Of a DNA stretch of 36,705 nt, positions 18,022 to 26,846 are shown piece by piece. Positions within the stretch are counted from its first letter, which is position 1. Each line of letters begins with the position of its first letter. Source of the stretch: a virus (taxonomy: Duplodnaviria > Heunggongvirae > Uroviricota > Caudoviricetes); IMG/VR virus record IMGVR_UViG_2693429677_000015. One strand, written 5' to 3'. The position numbers and the translations under genes are program-made. The notes below the pieces were generated by a model, which did no database searches, was not told the DNA's origin, and worked only from the letters and a program-made list of their open reading frames with translations.

Positions 18022-18735
18022 TTATCTCGTGCCGCCGTAATGCAGGCTGCGCAGCTGCGCTTCCAGAATGCGGGCAAATTCAGCATCGCTGGCTCCCAGA
18101 AATGCGCGGGAGGGGATTTTGATTTCCCATACACGTTTTTTCTGCTCGCCTTTCAGAATGCTGATCACCAGTCCGGCCTGCGCCATACTCATGTTTTCCA
18201 TAATCCATTTCAGAGAAGGCTTTCTGCGTCCCCTGCGTCCGGTTTTTTTGCTGACTGCGCCGACGGGGGCGCGAAAGCCCAGAGAAAGAAGGCGTTCTGC
18301 CTGCCGTCGTGTGGCGGGACGGGTGCGCATGGCTTCGCTGTCCCGGCGTTTTGTGGCGCGGCCTTTGATGGTTGCGCCGTGCTGTTGCACCCACGCGACC
18401 GCCCCACCATGAGAGCCGGTGTTGTAATCCCCTTTTTTGAAGAAAAGGCGGACACTTTTCCCGCTGCCGTCAACCCTGATGGCCAGCAGTTTCGGCAGTC
18501 CCAGCAGCATTTTGTTTTTATACCTGCCGCTGGCTTTATCCGGTCTTTTTCGTGGTGCCCAGGCTGCCCCCTCCGGTGTTCGCTGTGCTTTCACATTGCG
18601 TCGTGCAGCCGGTATCAGGCCGTATTTCGCAATGCGAACCAGCAGCTTTCTGGCCTTTGCCGGCGGAAGTTCTGCCTCTCTGATGGCGCGACGAATCTGC
18701 CGGAGTTGTGACTCGTTAATCACTGGGCGCGTCAT
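18022..18735 (-). CDS. Basic virion morphogenesis / tail completion protein (gpS-like position)
   Basis: 237 aa, very Lys/Arg-rich; located between head completion and sheath genes; overlaps neighbour stops. Confidence 0.4.
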   Translation of the reverse strand: MTRPVINESQLRQIRRAIREAELPPAKARKLLVRIAKYGLIPAARRNVKAQRTPEGAAWAPRKRPDKASGRYKNKMLLGLPKLLAIRVDGSGKSVRLFFKKGDYNTGSHGGAVAWVQQHGATIKGRATKRRDSEAMRTRPATRRQAERLLSLGFRAPVGAVSKKTGRRGRRKPSLKWIMENMSMAQAGLVISILKGEQKKRVWEIKIPSRAFLGASDAEFARILEAQLRSLHYGGTR

Positions 18736-19205
18736 GGCATCACCTGACAGTGAAGCTGATGCGCCTGAGCCACCCAGATTTCAGGCTTTTCCAGCTGGTA
18801 ACGTTTCCCGCCTCTGGGGATGGGGCCGTTTTCATCCTCAACCAGGGTGATGGGATCAACCAGCGGCAGACTGATTTCCAACCATGCAACTTCATTTTCA
18901 TCATCCACTTCGACGTCAACGGCTGGCGCATCCGGTGCCAGGCGCTGGCGCAGGTCGCCGGCGTTGTCTGCCAGCCAGGCTTCAACCAGAGAAAACACCA
19001 AATCCGGATTGAGCTGACGATAGGGCCATGCGTCCCATCGCAGAAAAGCTGTATATTTTCGGACCTGCGTACATAACTGCCCGTGCCCCAGCGACTTCGT
19101 AAACGGAAGGAGCGTTATGTCATCCATGTCACTGGTGAACGGAATGCGTGCGCGTGCCGGCAGATTGTTTTCAATGAATGCCGTCAGGCTGGCGAGTTGC
19201 GTCAT
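18732..19205 (-). CDS. Tail completion / head-tail joining protein (gpR-like position)
   Basis: 157 aa; position only, no motif confirmed. Confidence 0.35.
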   Translation of the reverse strand: MTQLASLTAFIENNLPARARIPFTSDMDDITLLPFTKSLGHGQLCTQVRKYTAFLRWDAWPYRQLNPDLVFSLVEAWLADNAGDLRQRLAPDAPAVDVEVDDENEVAWLEISLPLVDPITLVEDENGPIPRGGKRYQLEKPEIWVAQAHQLHCQVMP

Positions 19206-19214
19206 ACCATTTCC

Positions 19215-19709
19215 TTAATCAATCAGCGCGATGGATGCACGCGGTCGGCCCAGCAGCGCCCGCACCGCCATTGCCGCTTCAGCCAGCAACGTCCGGCGGC
19301 TCTCGCTGGCTTCTGATGAGGGCTGCGCCTCGCGTCGCCCCACGCTGGCAGATTCCGGCAAAAGATCAGCCTTTGCGCGTGCATACACAGCCTTGGTGTA
19401 CAGTGCTGTAATGTGGTTCTGCATCTGTTCAGGTTGTGCATCCGTATTGCGCGGCTCTGGTTGCAACACGGTGTAACCCGGAATATCAGCGGCCCGGATG
19501 TAGCCCTGTTCCTGCCAGTATTCACGGCGTGCAGCCAGTTCAGTGTTAATCTCTGTTACCGCGCAAAGCAGCGCCGTCAGCACCGTTTCGTGTGACGTGA
19601 CGGCGGGGATGCTGCGGCTCTTTTCAAAATCGCCGGCATCAATATCCGGCCAGAATCCATCGTTCTGAATAATGGCCTGCTGATAGTGAATGCTTTTCCC
19701 GTCAAACAT
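19215..19709 (-). CDS. Head completion/stabilisation protein (P2 gpL-like)
   Basis: ATG at 19709 with GGAG 7 nt upstream gives 164 aa; follows small terminase as in P2 (O-N-M-L). Confidence 0.5.
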   Translation of the reverse strand: MFDGKSIHYQQAIIQNDGFWPDIDAGDFEKSRSIPAVTSHETVLTALLCAVTEINTELAARREYWQEQGYIRAADIPGYTVLQPEPRNTDAQPEQMQNHITALYTKAVYARAKADLLPESASVGRREAQPSSEASESRRTLLAEAAMAVRALLGRPRASIALID

Positions 19710-19807
19710 GCTCACTCCGGGGAAAGGCGGGCTGACCGGTTTCCGCAGTGTGCTGATGGCTTTTGCCGGCACACCTCCACCGCGCCCGCCCGGTTGTTGG
19801 GAGTCGT

Positions 19808-20518
19808 TTACGTGCCCTGCAACGCGCGCAGTCTTGCGGCAATGCGCTGGCGCAGGGTTTTCACCTGAATTTTTGGATGCAGCCAGGCAGCCTGTTCCAG
19901 ACACTGGTCGGCCTGTTGCAGTCTCTCCGGATCGTTAATTGCACTGGCCAGCGGTTTACCGTCATCGCCGCGCAGCAGCAGGACGCCTGCAAAGCGCCAG
20001 TAGCGGGCAGCAAGGCGTTCATTCACGCGCCATTTGTCACGGATTTTTTCAAACACCTGCTGAAAATATGGCGCGATACTGTTCCCGCGTTCAGCTTCGG
20101 TTTCTGCCCATTCAAGAATGAAATGGGCCACAAACGTTGGCAGCTCGCTTTTGAAGTTCTCCGGCGTCTTTTGCCCCTGCTCAATGGCAATGTCAGCCCA
20201 CCGCAGCGCCATCTCAAACTGCCCGGTATCGAACAGCCAGATGATGCAGTACACCAGAATGGGATTCTGATAGACGCGTTCCCCCTCCAGATAAGCCTGT
20301 GCGTGTGGCAGCCAGCGGGGCAGCAGCGTGTTCCGTTTGAATTCCAGCTTGTCAGACAGCAGCTCCATGTTGTGCAGTTGTCTGATGTCGTTATCCAGTG
20401 CCAGCAGCTTAATGTGCTGACTCTCTGTGCTGATGGCGCTCCCGTCCGTTCTGGTCATGAGCGCCGCACGGCGCTCATCCATCTGTCGGGCACGTTGTCG
20501 CTGCATTGGCGTTGGCAT
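19808..20518 (-). CDS. Terminase small (endonuclease) subunit, P2 gpM-like
   Basis: 236 aa directly after the capsid gene in the P2 O-N-M order. Confidence 0.65.
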   Translation of the reverse strand: MPTPMQRQRARQMDERRAALMTRTDGSAISTESQHIKLLALDNDIRQLHNMELLSDKLEFKRNTLLPRWLPHAQAYLEGERVYQNPILVYCIIWLFDTGQFEMALRWADIAIEQGQKTPENFKSELPTFVAHFILEWAETEAERGNSIAPYFQQVFEKIRDKWRVNERLAARYWRFAGVLLLRGDDGKPLASAINDPERLQQADQCLEQAAWLHPKIQVKTLRQRIAARLRALQGT

Positions 20519-20535
20519 ACCGTGCGCTCCGTTTA

Positions 20536-21549
20536 TCAGGCGATGGTGACCGCAGACTCATCTACGGCAGCATATAAATCCGGATCGCCCAGGGCGTACC
20601 CCTCGTAACGCCAGTATGAGTTTTCGAACTGTTTGCGATCGCCCACATCTTCTGCCTTGCGGCGGCGGGAGCCTTTCAGCGTCAGGATCTGCAGGTTTGG
20701 CAGCATGGTCACCACCATACGTTTGCCCGGCATAAACGGCGGAATGATGGCCTTGCGGCCTGCAATGTTCTTCGTCAGCAACTGTGCGGCCACTTTTTCG
20801 GTAGGCTTATCCTCTTTGTTGTAGAGGCGTAGTTCTTCAGCAGCCACAAGGTCTGCGCCGACCAGTACGGTAAGTCGTGGGTCGTTGTGATACTGTGCCG
20901 GGATGTAAGTGCGGATCAGGTCTGAGGCCATGGCATCAAGACCGACATAATCGCCGCCTTCGCCCAGGGTAACGGCGTCTGTCAGAATACGGGAGGTATT
21001 GCCGGGCTGTTCTCCCCACTTTTTGGCGATTTCATGCCAGCCGATGTTGACGTCTTCGCCGTTCGGGTGACTTTCCGGGTCAGAGTTTTCCGCTGCTGTT
21101 TTACCGTTAAAGCCAATGCGCAGCATATCCAGCGCAAAGTTGGTAACGGCGGCGGAGTTCATCAGGTTGAAAAATTCCTGCGGGCTGCCGGCATTCGCCC
21201 AGATGGCGAGTTGTTCCCAGGTGATCACGCAGCAGGAATCAGTTTCAACGAGTTTAAATTCGTTGCCTTTGATGCCCGAACCTTTAGCGAAACGACCGCT
21301 TTTCACGCGACCGGTGCGCAGTGTGGATTCGCCCACGGTGACGACCTGCCCCTGCGGGTGCGGAACGTCCATGCAGGTGATGAAACTCAGAAACTCCGTG
21401 CTTTCCAGCAGGGCTTTACGCAGAGCAATACTGCGTGGCTCGGTCAGCGAAAAGAAACGATCGCTTGATTTCCCGCAGTCACTGAATGTTTTTTGCAGTT
21501 CGCTGATGTACTGATTAACCAGCTTTTGTGCTTCTGGTGTCATGTTCAT
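20536..21549 (-). CDS. Major capsid protein (P2 gpN-like)
   Basis: 337 aa; ...IGFNGKTAAENSD...VNIGW... and ...GEGGDYVGLDAM...NDPRLTVLVG... parallel P2 gpN segments (...AGFNGVKRAETSD..., ...GKGGDYASLDAL...EDPDLVVIVG...) as I recall them. Confidence 0.85.
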   Translation of the reverse strand: MNMTPEAQKLVNQYISELQKTFSDCGKSSDRFFSLTEPRSIALRKALLESTEFLSFITCMDVPHPQGQVVTVGESTLRTGRVKSGRFAKGSGIKGNEFKLVETDSCCVITWEQLAIWANAGSPQEFFNLMNSAAVTNFALDMLRIGFNGKTAAENSDPESHPNGEDVNIGWHEIAKKWGEQPGNTSRILTDAVTLGEGGDYVGLDAMASDLIRTYIPAQYHNDPRLTVLVGADLVAAEELRLYNKEDKPTEKVAAQLLTKNIAGRKAIIPPFMPGKRMVVTMLPNLQILTLKGSRRRKAEDVGDRKQFENSYWRYEGYALGDPDLYAAVDESAVTIA

Positions 21550-21563
21550 TGCGTTCTCTCCGG

Positions 21564-22454
21564 TTACACCAGGTTAAAAGTTTCGCCACCGGCCGGATTG
21601 TTGCCCGGCAGCTTCGTGGCGTCCTTGCTGAGTTCAGCAAATGCGGTTTCCATACTGGTAACCTTCTCCGCGATGGCGTTCACTGTGGAGAACAGCTTTT
21701 CGCCCTGCTCGGTGGTCAGCGTGAAGGTTTTGTCGTCCTTGTTGTTCTGTTCTGCGTTGTCCTGCCCCTGATCGCCGGTGCTGCCTTCCGGCTTGTTATC
21801 ACAGGTATCTTTCGGGGCATCCTTCGCGCTGAACTGCGCGACGTTTTCTTCCAGTTTGTCCAGGCGTTCGCCGGTTTTGTTGATAGCGTCCATCAACTGG
21901 CCGAACTGTTTTTCGTTCATATCGTTTTCCTGTTTGTTGCGTCCCACGGAGAAAAGGCCGGAAAAGAAACTGCGTTTGGCCTGCTCGTCGTCAGACTGCA
22001 GCGTGAAATTCAGTTCTTCTGCATTCCCCATGTGAATGGAATCTCCCTGCGAAAATTGCAGGCGGGTGGTGTTGATGCTGGCCGGTGTGTCAGTCACAGC
22101 GATACCGGATACAAAGAATTTGCCTGTTCCCAGGTAGTTTTCCTTTACCTCTATGGAGGTGAAAAGTTTTTGTCCAGCCTCGTTGGCTTCGGTCAGAAAG
22201 CGGTTGGGTATCAGGCGGGCTTTCAGCTGCACTTTATCACCGACTTTTTCCGCCTTCAGTGCATCAACAAGACCATAGTTATTGGTGAAAGCACGCCAGC
22301 CGGCGCTGGCATGAAACGGCCAGAGCATGGCGGTGTGTTCGTCCGGGTTATAAACCTCGGCGGCATCCGTCAGCCACTTTGGATCAATTTCCCGACCGTC
22401 GATGGTGGGGCCTGAAGTGGCTACGACCACCCAGTCTGTTTTCAGTTTCGACAT
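21564..22454 (-). CDS. Capsid scaffolding protein (P2 gpO-like)
   Basis: 296 aa; acidic Glu/Asp/Lys-rich C-terminal half; motifs ALKAEKVGD and GIAVTDTPAS resemble gpO; first gene of the leftward late operon. Confidence 0.8.
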   Translation of the reverse strand: MSKLKTDWVVVATSGPTIDGREIDPKWLTDAAEVYNPDEHTAMLWPFHASAGWRAFTNNYGLVDALKAEKVGDKVQLKARLIPNRFLTEANEAGQKLFTSIEVKENYLGTGKFFVSGIAVTDTPASINTTRLQFSQGDSIHMGNAEELNFTLQSDDEQAKRSFFSGLFSVGRNKQENDMNEKQFGQLMDAINKTGERLDKLEENVAQFSAKDAPKDTCDNKPEGSTGDQGQDNAEQNNKDDKTFTLTTEQGEKLFSTVNAIAEKVTSMETAFAELSKDATKLPGNNPAGGETFNLV

Positions 22455-22648
22455 CTGAATTAACCCGCTGATAAAAATTAAACTGGCGTTATTTAACGGA
22501 GAAATAAAAATGTCGTCATCTGATTAATTTCCGGTACTTTCGGATATGCGTATATATCCGAAAAATACCGAAAAGCGATATTCGTTTTTAAAAAAGCCTT
22601 TGCTGAAAATGCATAAATTAAAATTGCATCAGCAGGTGAGGTTTATTT
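22455..22648. promoter_or_regulatory. Divergent late promoter region between scaffold (O) and terminase (P) genes, with a 9-bp-arm palindrome
   Basis: TTCGGATAT-GCGTAT-ATATCCGAA at ~22539-22562 (arms extend to 15/16 bp with one mismatch); AT-rich; AGGTGAGG precedes the terminase ATG. Confidence 0.5.
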
Positions 22649-24436
22649 ATGGCGTATTCTGATGAGGTGATTGCTGCTGCAAAATCGCTCTATCTGAAAA
22701 GGCACACACCAAAAGAAATACAAAAGAAACTCGGACTGAACAGCCCGCGAATTGTTTATTACTGGGCGACAAAGTTTGAGTGGTACACGCAGCTCAATAC
22801 GGAAGGTGTGGAGGATGTTATCGCCCGGCGTCTCGCTGTACTGGCGGAGCGTGACCATAAAACGCCGGAAGAACACGATGAACTCGACCGCCTGATTGGT
22901 CATCACGTCAAACTAATGTCGGTCAGAAACAAGCACACGGAACGAATGGCTGAGATTGCGCGAATGGGAGTGGACATCCCCCAGCCGGGCCGTTATGGAA
23001 AAGAAGAACGCGGAGAAAAAGGTGCAGGTAAGAAAGAGCGTCCCCGCAAAACTAATGACGTTTCCGGACTGACTGCTGAAAGTTTTGAGCCGTTTACGAA
23101 GAAGTTGTTTGCTTATCAGTTGCGCCTGCGTGAAAACAAATTCCGCCGTGTACGCAACCTGCTTAAATCCCGTCAGATTGGGGCGACGTATTACTTCGCG
23201 TTTGAGGCGTTTGAAGATGCGGTATTAACCGGCGACACACAGATATTTTTATCGGCATCAAAACGTCAGGCCGAAGTGTTCCGTACTTATATTGTAAAAA
23301 TTGCACAAACAGAGTTTGGCATTCCCATTAAAGGCAATCCGGTTAAGTTAAGTAATTTGGCTGAACTGTATTTTCTGGCGACCAACAGCAACACGGCACA
23401 GTCAAACAGCGGCCACCTGTACATTGACGAATACCTGTGGATCCCCGGTTTTCGCCGTCTCAATGAAGTGGCGTCAGGGATGGCCACCCATAAACACTGG
23501 CGCATTACCTATTTCTCCACGCCGTCATCCAAAACACACCAGGGTTATCCGTTCTGGTCTGGCGATGAATGGCGCAAAGGTGATCCGAAACGAAAAGGGG
23601 TTGAGTTTCCGTCCTTTGATGAACTGCGTGATGGCGGGCGCGAATGCCCGGACGGTCAGTGGCGCTATGTGGTTACGCTGGAAGATGCCATTGCCGGCGG
23701 CTTTAACCTTGCTGACATCAACGAGCTGCGCGAGCGATACAACGAAACAGCGTTCAATATGCTGTTTATGTGTGTGTTTGTGGATGACAAAGAGAGCGTC
23801 TTTAAATTCGATGACCTCGTGCGCTGTGGCGTTGATGTCAGTACGTGGGAGGATTTTCACCCGGAAGAACCCATGCCATTTGGTAACCGTGAGGTGTGGG
23901 GTGGCTTTGACCCTGCGCGCTCCGGCGATAACGCCACGTTTGTGGTGCTGGCACCGCCGCTGGTTTCGGCAGAACGATTCCGCGTGCTGGAAAAACACCA
24001 CTGGCGCAGTATGTCATTCCAGTTTATGGCAGAGCGTATCCGCAGCATTAAGGCGCGCTATAACATGACATTTATCGGCATTGACGTCACCGGTCTTGGC
24101 TACGGTGTCTTTGAGCTGGTTCAGGGATTTGCCCGCCGTGAAACAGTGGCCATTCATTACAGCGTTGAATCCAAAAACCGCCTGGTGATGAAGATGCTGG
24201 ATCTGATTTACGCCAACCGTATTGAGTGGGATGAAGAAGCCACAGATATTCCGGCATCGTTCCTGGCCATTCGTCAGGAGTCCACTAACAGTGGCAATAA
24301 AGTCACTTTCACCGCCGAACGTAGCGAAAAAACCGGGCACGCAGACATCTTCTTTGCCATAGCTCATGCCGCAAGTAATGAACCCCTGAACTATAAGCAC
24401 AAGCGCAAATCAACATGGATCCTGTCAGATGAGTAA
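22649..24436 (+). CDS. Terminase large (ATPase) subunit, P2 gpP-like
   Basis: 595 aa; Walker A-like SRQIGATYY and typical terminase nuclease C-terminal half; overlaps portal start by 8 nt. Confidence 0.9.
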   Translation: MAYSDEVIAAAKSLYLKRHTPKEIQKKLGLNSPRIVYYWATKFEWYTQLNTEGVEDVIARRLAVLAERDHKTPEEHDELDRLIGHHVKLMSVRNKHTERMAEIARMGVDIPQPGRYGKEERGEKGAGKKERPRKTNDVSGLTAESFEPFTKKLFAYQLRLRENKFRRVRNLLKSRQIGATYYFAFEAFEDAVLTGDTQIFLSASKRQAEVFRTYIVKIAQTEFGIPIKGNPVKLSNLAELYFLATNSNTAQSNSGHLYIDEYLWIPGFRRLNEVASGMATHKHWRITYFSTPSSKTHQGYPFWSGDEWRKGDPKRKGVEFPSFDELRDGGRECPDGQWRYVVTLEDAIAGGFNLADINELRERYNETAFNMLFMCVFVDDKESVFKFDDLVRCGVDVSTWEDFHPEEPMPFGNREVWGGFDPARSGDNATFVVLAPPLVSAERFRVLEKHHWRSMSFQFMAERIRSIKARYNMTFIGIDVTGLGYGVFELVQGFARRETVAIHYSVESKNRLVMKMLDLIYANRIEWDEEATDIPASFLAIRQESTNSGNKVTFTAERSEKTGHADIFFAIAHAASNEPLNYKHKRKSTWILSDE

Positions 24437-25463
24437 AAAGAAAAAATCCCCCGTGCTACACGATGGCGTGGCAAAAAAAACAGCCAGCAAAATGACGTTT
24501 ATTGAATTTGGTGACCCGGAACCAGTCGCTGCATGGGGCTGTTATTACGGCTCGCTCTGGGATGGCTATAACGGCTGGTACACGCCGCCCATTGAGCGCA
24601 TGGATCTCGCTATGTTGGCCAATATCGCACCGTATCACGGCGCGGTATTGCGTGCGCGCGTCAATATGATCATGCAGGGTTTTCGGGGGGGCGGTGGTAT
24701 GACACACGCCGCCATGGCGGCAGCGGTGACCAATCTGCTGATATTCGGGGATATGGGTCTGCTTAAAGTGCGCAATGGCTTCGGTCTGGTAGTGCGCCTG
24801 CACACACTGCCGTCGCTGTACCTGCGGCGTAACAACGAGGGTGGCACGGTGATTGTGCAGGCGGCACTGGAAGATCTCGTTTACCCGCCAGGCGAAGTGG
24901 TGTTCGTGGCCATTTATGACCCGCAACAGCAGGTTTACGGTGTCCCGGATTATATTCACGGGATGGAATCCGCCATGCTGAATGTGGATGCCACCCGCTT
25001 TCGCCGCAAGTATTACAAGAACGGCGCACATCTTGGTTATATCCTGTATTCCACTGACCCGGACATGGATCCCGAGCTCGAGGCGGAATTCCGTAAAAAG
25101 ATAGAGGCGTCAAAAGGGGCGGGCAATTTTAAATCCATGTTTATCAATATACCGGGCGGAGACAAAGAAGGCGTTAAGGTGATCCCTATCGGGGATTCAG
25201 GTACAAAAGATGAGTTCCTGAATATAAAAACTATCAGTGCCCAGGATCAGCTCGTCGCGCACCGTTTCCCACCCGGACTTGCCGGCATCATTCCCGCAAA
25301 TACGGCCGGGCTTGGTGACCCACTGAAATCCCGCGAGGCATATTACAGGGATGAGGTTATCCCGATGCGCCGCCTGATTATGGAGGGGATCAACAGCGAC
25401 CCGGATATCAGACGACTGGGGGAGGTGAAATTTATTCTTGATTTTGATGAACCCATGGAGTGA
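24429..25463 (+). CDS. Portal protein (P2 gpQ-like)
   Basis: 344 aa following the terminase in a P-then-Q operon divergent from O-N-M-L. Confidence 0.85.
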   Translation: MSKKKKSPVLHDGVAKKTASKMTFIEFGDPEPVAAWGCYYGSLWDGYNGWYTPPIERMDLAMLANIAPYHGAVLRARVNMIMQGFRGGGGMTHAAMAAAVTNLLIFGDMGLLKVRNGFGLVVRLHTLPSLYLRRNNEGGTVIVQAALEDLVYPPGEVVFVAIYDPQQQVYGVPDYIHGMESAMLNVDATRFRRKYYKNGAHLGYILYSTDPDMDPELEAEFRKKIEASKGAGNFKSMFINIPGGDKEGVKVIPIGDSGTKDEFLNIKTISAQDQLVAHRFPPGLAGIIPANTAGLGDPLKSREAYYRDEVIPMRRLIMEGINSDPDIRRLGEVKFILDFDEPME

Positions 25464-25500
25464 TGTGCGGTATGGGGAAAGAGCGGGTAAAATTGGTGGC
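25464..25500. other. Candidate cos site
   Basis: GTGCGGTATGGGGAAAGAGCGGG contains the GGGGAAAG core of the P2/186 cohesive ends as I recall them (GGCGAGGCGGGGAAAGCAC); lies next to the portal gene as in P2; match is partial. Confidence 0.2.
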
Positions 25501-25528
25501 AGTAAAACGCTGTTCCGGGAGGTGGAAA

Positions 25529-25786
25529 ATGCGCAGACAGAAAGCGCGATGTCATTGCTGCGGTGCACATGCAGTGATTGAGAAAACAGCCTGGAAAACC
25601 GATCAGTTTGCTGATGTGTATTACCGTTGCACCCGTCTCGAGTGCGGACATACCTGGGTGATGAATCTGACCTACTCGCACACACTGGTGCCCAGCGGGC
25701 TGGAGAATGGTGTGTTAAAGCTGTTGATTGAGCGGATGCGTCCGGAAGAAAAACAAATGGCTCTGGAGTTGTTGCAGGCCGGATAG
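25529..25786 (+). CDS. ogr: Ogr/Delta-family zinc-finger late transcription activator
   Basis: ATG at 25529 after GGAGG; 85 aa; C-x2-C-x22-C-x4-C (CHCC...CTRLEC) as in P2 Ogr. Confidence 0.8.
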   Translation: MRRQKARCHCCGAHAVIEKTAWKTDQFADVYYRCTRLECGHTWVMNLTYSHTLVPSGLENGVLKLLIERMRPEEKQMALELLQAG

Positions 25787-25808
25787 CTGACGCGCTTCGC
25801 TTGTCCAA

Positions 25809-25857
25809 CCCGGAACGGGCGCACAAAGAATTTGCGCACCCGTTCCGGGTTTTCTTA
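25809..25857 (+). terminator. Rho-independent terminator after ogr, shared with the convergent rrf2-like gene
   Basis: ~19-bp imperfect stem CCCGGAACGGGCGCACAAA / TTTGCGCACCCGTTCCGGG followed by TTTTCTT. Confidence 0.6.
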
Positions 25858-26214
25858 TTCAATGGCAGACAACTGATAATTTGTGTCTTCCTGCAGGCTG
25901 GTTAAAGAAATATTATCCAGTGCAGCCAGAATAACGTGCTGTGTATATAATCCGGAACATTTCATTGCCCGGACAATATCACCAACACTGTAATTTTCTT
26001 TTGTCGGGATATATCCACCACCCGGGCCGCGTGTGGCTTTTACCAGGCTACTTTCCCGTAAATATCTGAATATTTGCTCCAGATATGACAGTGAAACGGT
26101 TTCTTTGCTTAATTGCCGGAGTGAGATTGGCTTTCCGGTGTACTGTTTCACAAATTTAATCATTACCATAACTGCAACTGATGCACGCTGGCTTCCGGAA
26201 TTATCTTTCATCAT
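25855..26214 (-). CDS. Rrf2-family winged-helix transcriptional regulator (single Cys, probably not Fe-S binding)
   Basis: VSLSYLEQIF and LVKATRGPGGGY match the Rrf2/IscR signature; alternative ATG at 26226 overlaps the upstream stop (TAATG). Confidence 0.7.
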   Translation of the reverse strand: MMKDNSGSQRASVAVMVMIKFVKQYTGKPISLRQLSKETVSLSYLEQIFRYLRESSLVKATRGPGGGYIPTKENYSVGDIVRAMKCSGLYTQHVILAALDNISLTSLQEDTNYQLSAIE

Positions 26215-26225
26215 GATTACTTCCA

Positions 26226-26513
26226 TTAATGGCATAAATTGATGGGGCGGGTCAGTGAATAAAGAGGCAATACATTCCATCCCTTAGAGCGCCAGCTGTC
26301 TGCAACATCTTTACTTCTTGTTATCGCCGGTATTCCAATAGGATTATTTGCGTGCATCCATGCCACTGGCTCTGCTTCCAGTGATGCAAGTGCGATTTCC
26401 AGTGCGATTAACATATTGTGATCGTCTTCATCAAGACCGAACGGGATGTCTTCGCGCCACGATTTAAACTCTGTGATTTTACGTTGTAACCATTCTTTGG
26501 TAATGGTGGACAT
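26226..26513 (-). CDS. Hypothetical protein co-transcribed with parMR and the rrf2-like gene
   Basis: ATG at 26513 with AGGAG 7 nt upstream (the 26531 start of the track is GTG); 95 aa; no recognised motif. Confidence 0.4.
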   Translation of the reverse strand: MSTITKEWLQRKITEFKSWREDIPFGLDEDDHNMLIALEIALASLEAEPVAWMHANNPIGIPAITRSKDVADSWRSKGWNVLPLYSLTRPINLCH

Positions 26514-26527
26514 AGTTACTCCTGTTT

Positions 26528-26842
26528 TCACTTCGGGAAAAACGCCTGAATATTCTTTTTCACCTGCTGCATATGGGGGGCGCTGTCTGCTGCTGGTTGC
26601 GCCGGTTTTTCAGGCTGTACTGGTAGCGGTGGCATCCGTATTTCGTCTTCTGACCATTCTGCCAGCGAATACGCCAACGCGGGGGTGCGTTTTATAAGAG
26701 CTAGTCCAGCCAGAAAAGCCGCGCGTTGTGCGCGGCTGCGTTCGGAGGCTGGCAGGCTGTCGAGGTAACTGCACGCCTCCCGTTCGCTCTTGACGACGGC
26801 GGGCTTCAGATAGAAACTTATCCGTCTGGTTGGTGTCGTCAT
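26528..26842 (-). CDS. parR: ParR/StbB-type ribbon-helix-helix centromere-binding protein
   Basis: ATG at 26842 with AGGAG upstream, 5 nt from the parM stop; LDSLPASERSRAQRAAFLAGLAL parallels R1 ParR (LDSIPQGERSRLNRAALTAGLAL) as I recall it. Confidence 0.75.
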   Translation of the reverse strand: MTTPTRRISFYLKPAVVKSEREACSYLDSLPASERSRAQRAAFLAGLALIKRTPALAYSLAEWSEDEIRMPPLPVQPEKPAQPAADSAPHMQQVKKNIQAFFPK

Positions 26843-26846
26843 TGAT

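Noticed and set aside
17836-18711. 291-aa plus-strand ORF
   Set aside because: Antisense to the sheath and tail completion genes; no start context
19763-20608. 281-aa plus-strand ORF
   Set aside because: Antisense to the small terminase and capsid genes
21528-22415. 295-aa plus-strand ORF
   Set aside because: Antisense to the scaffold gene
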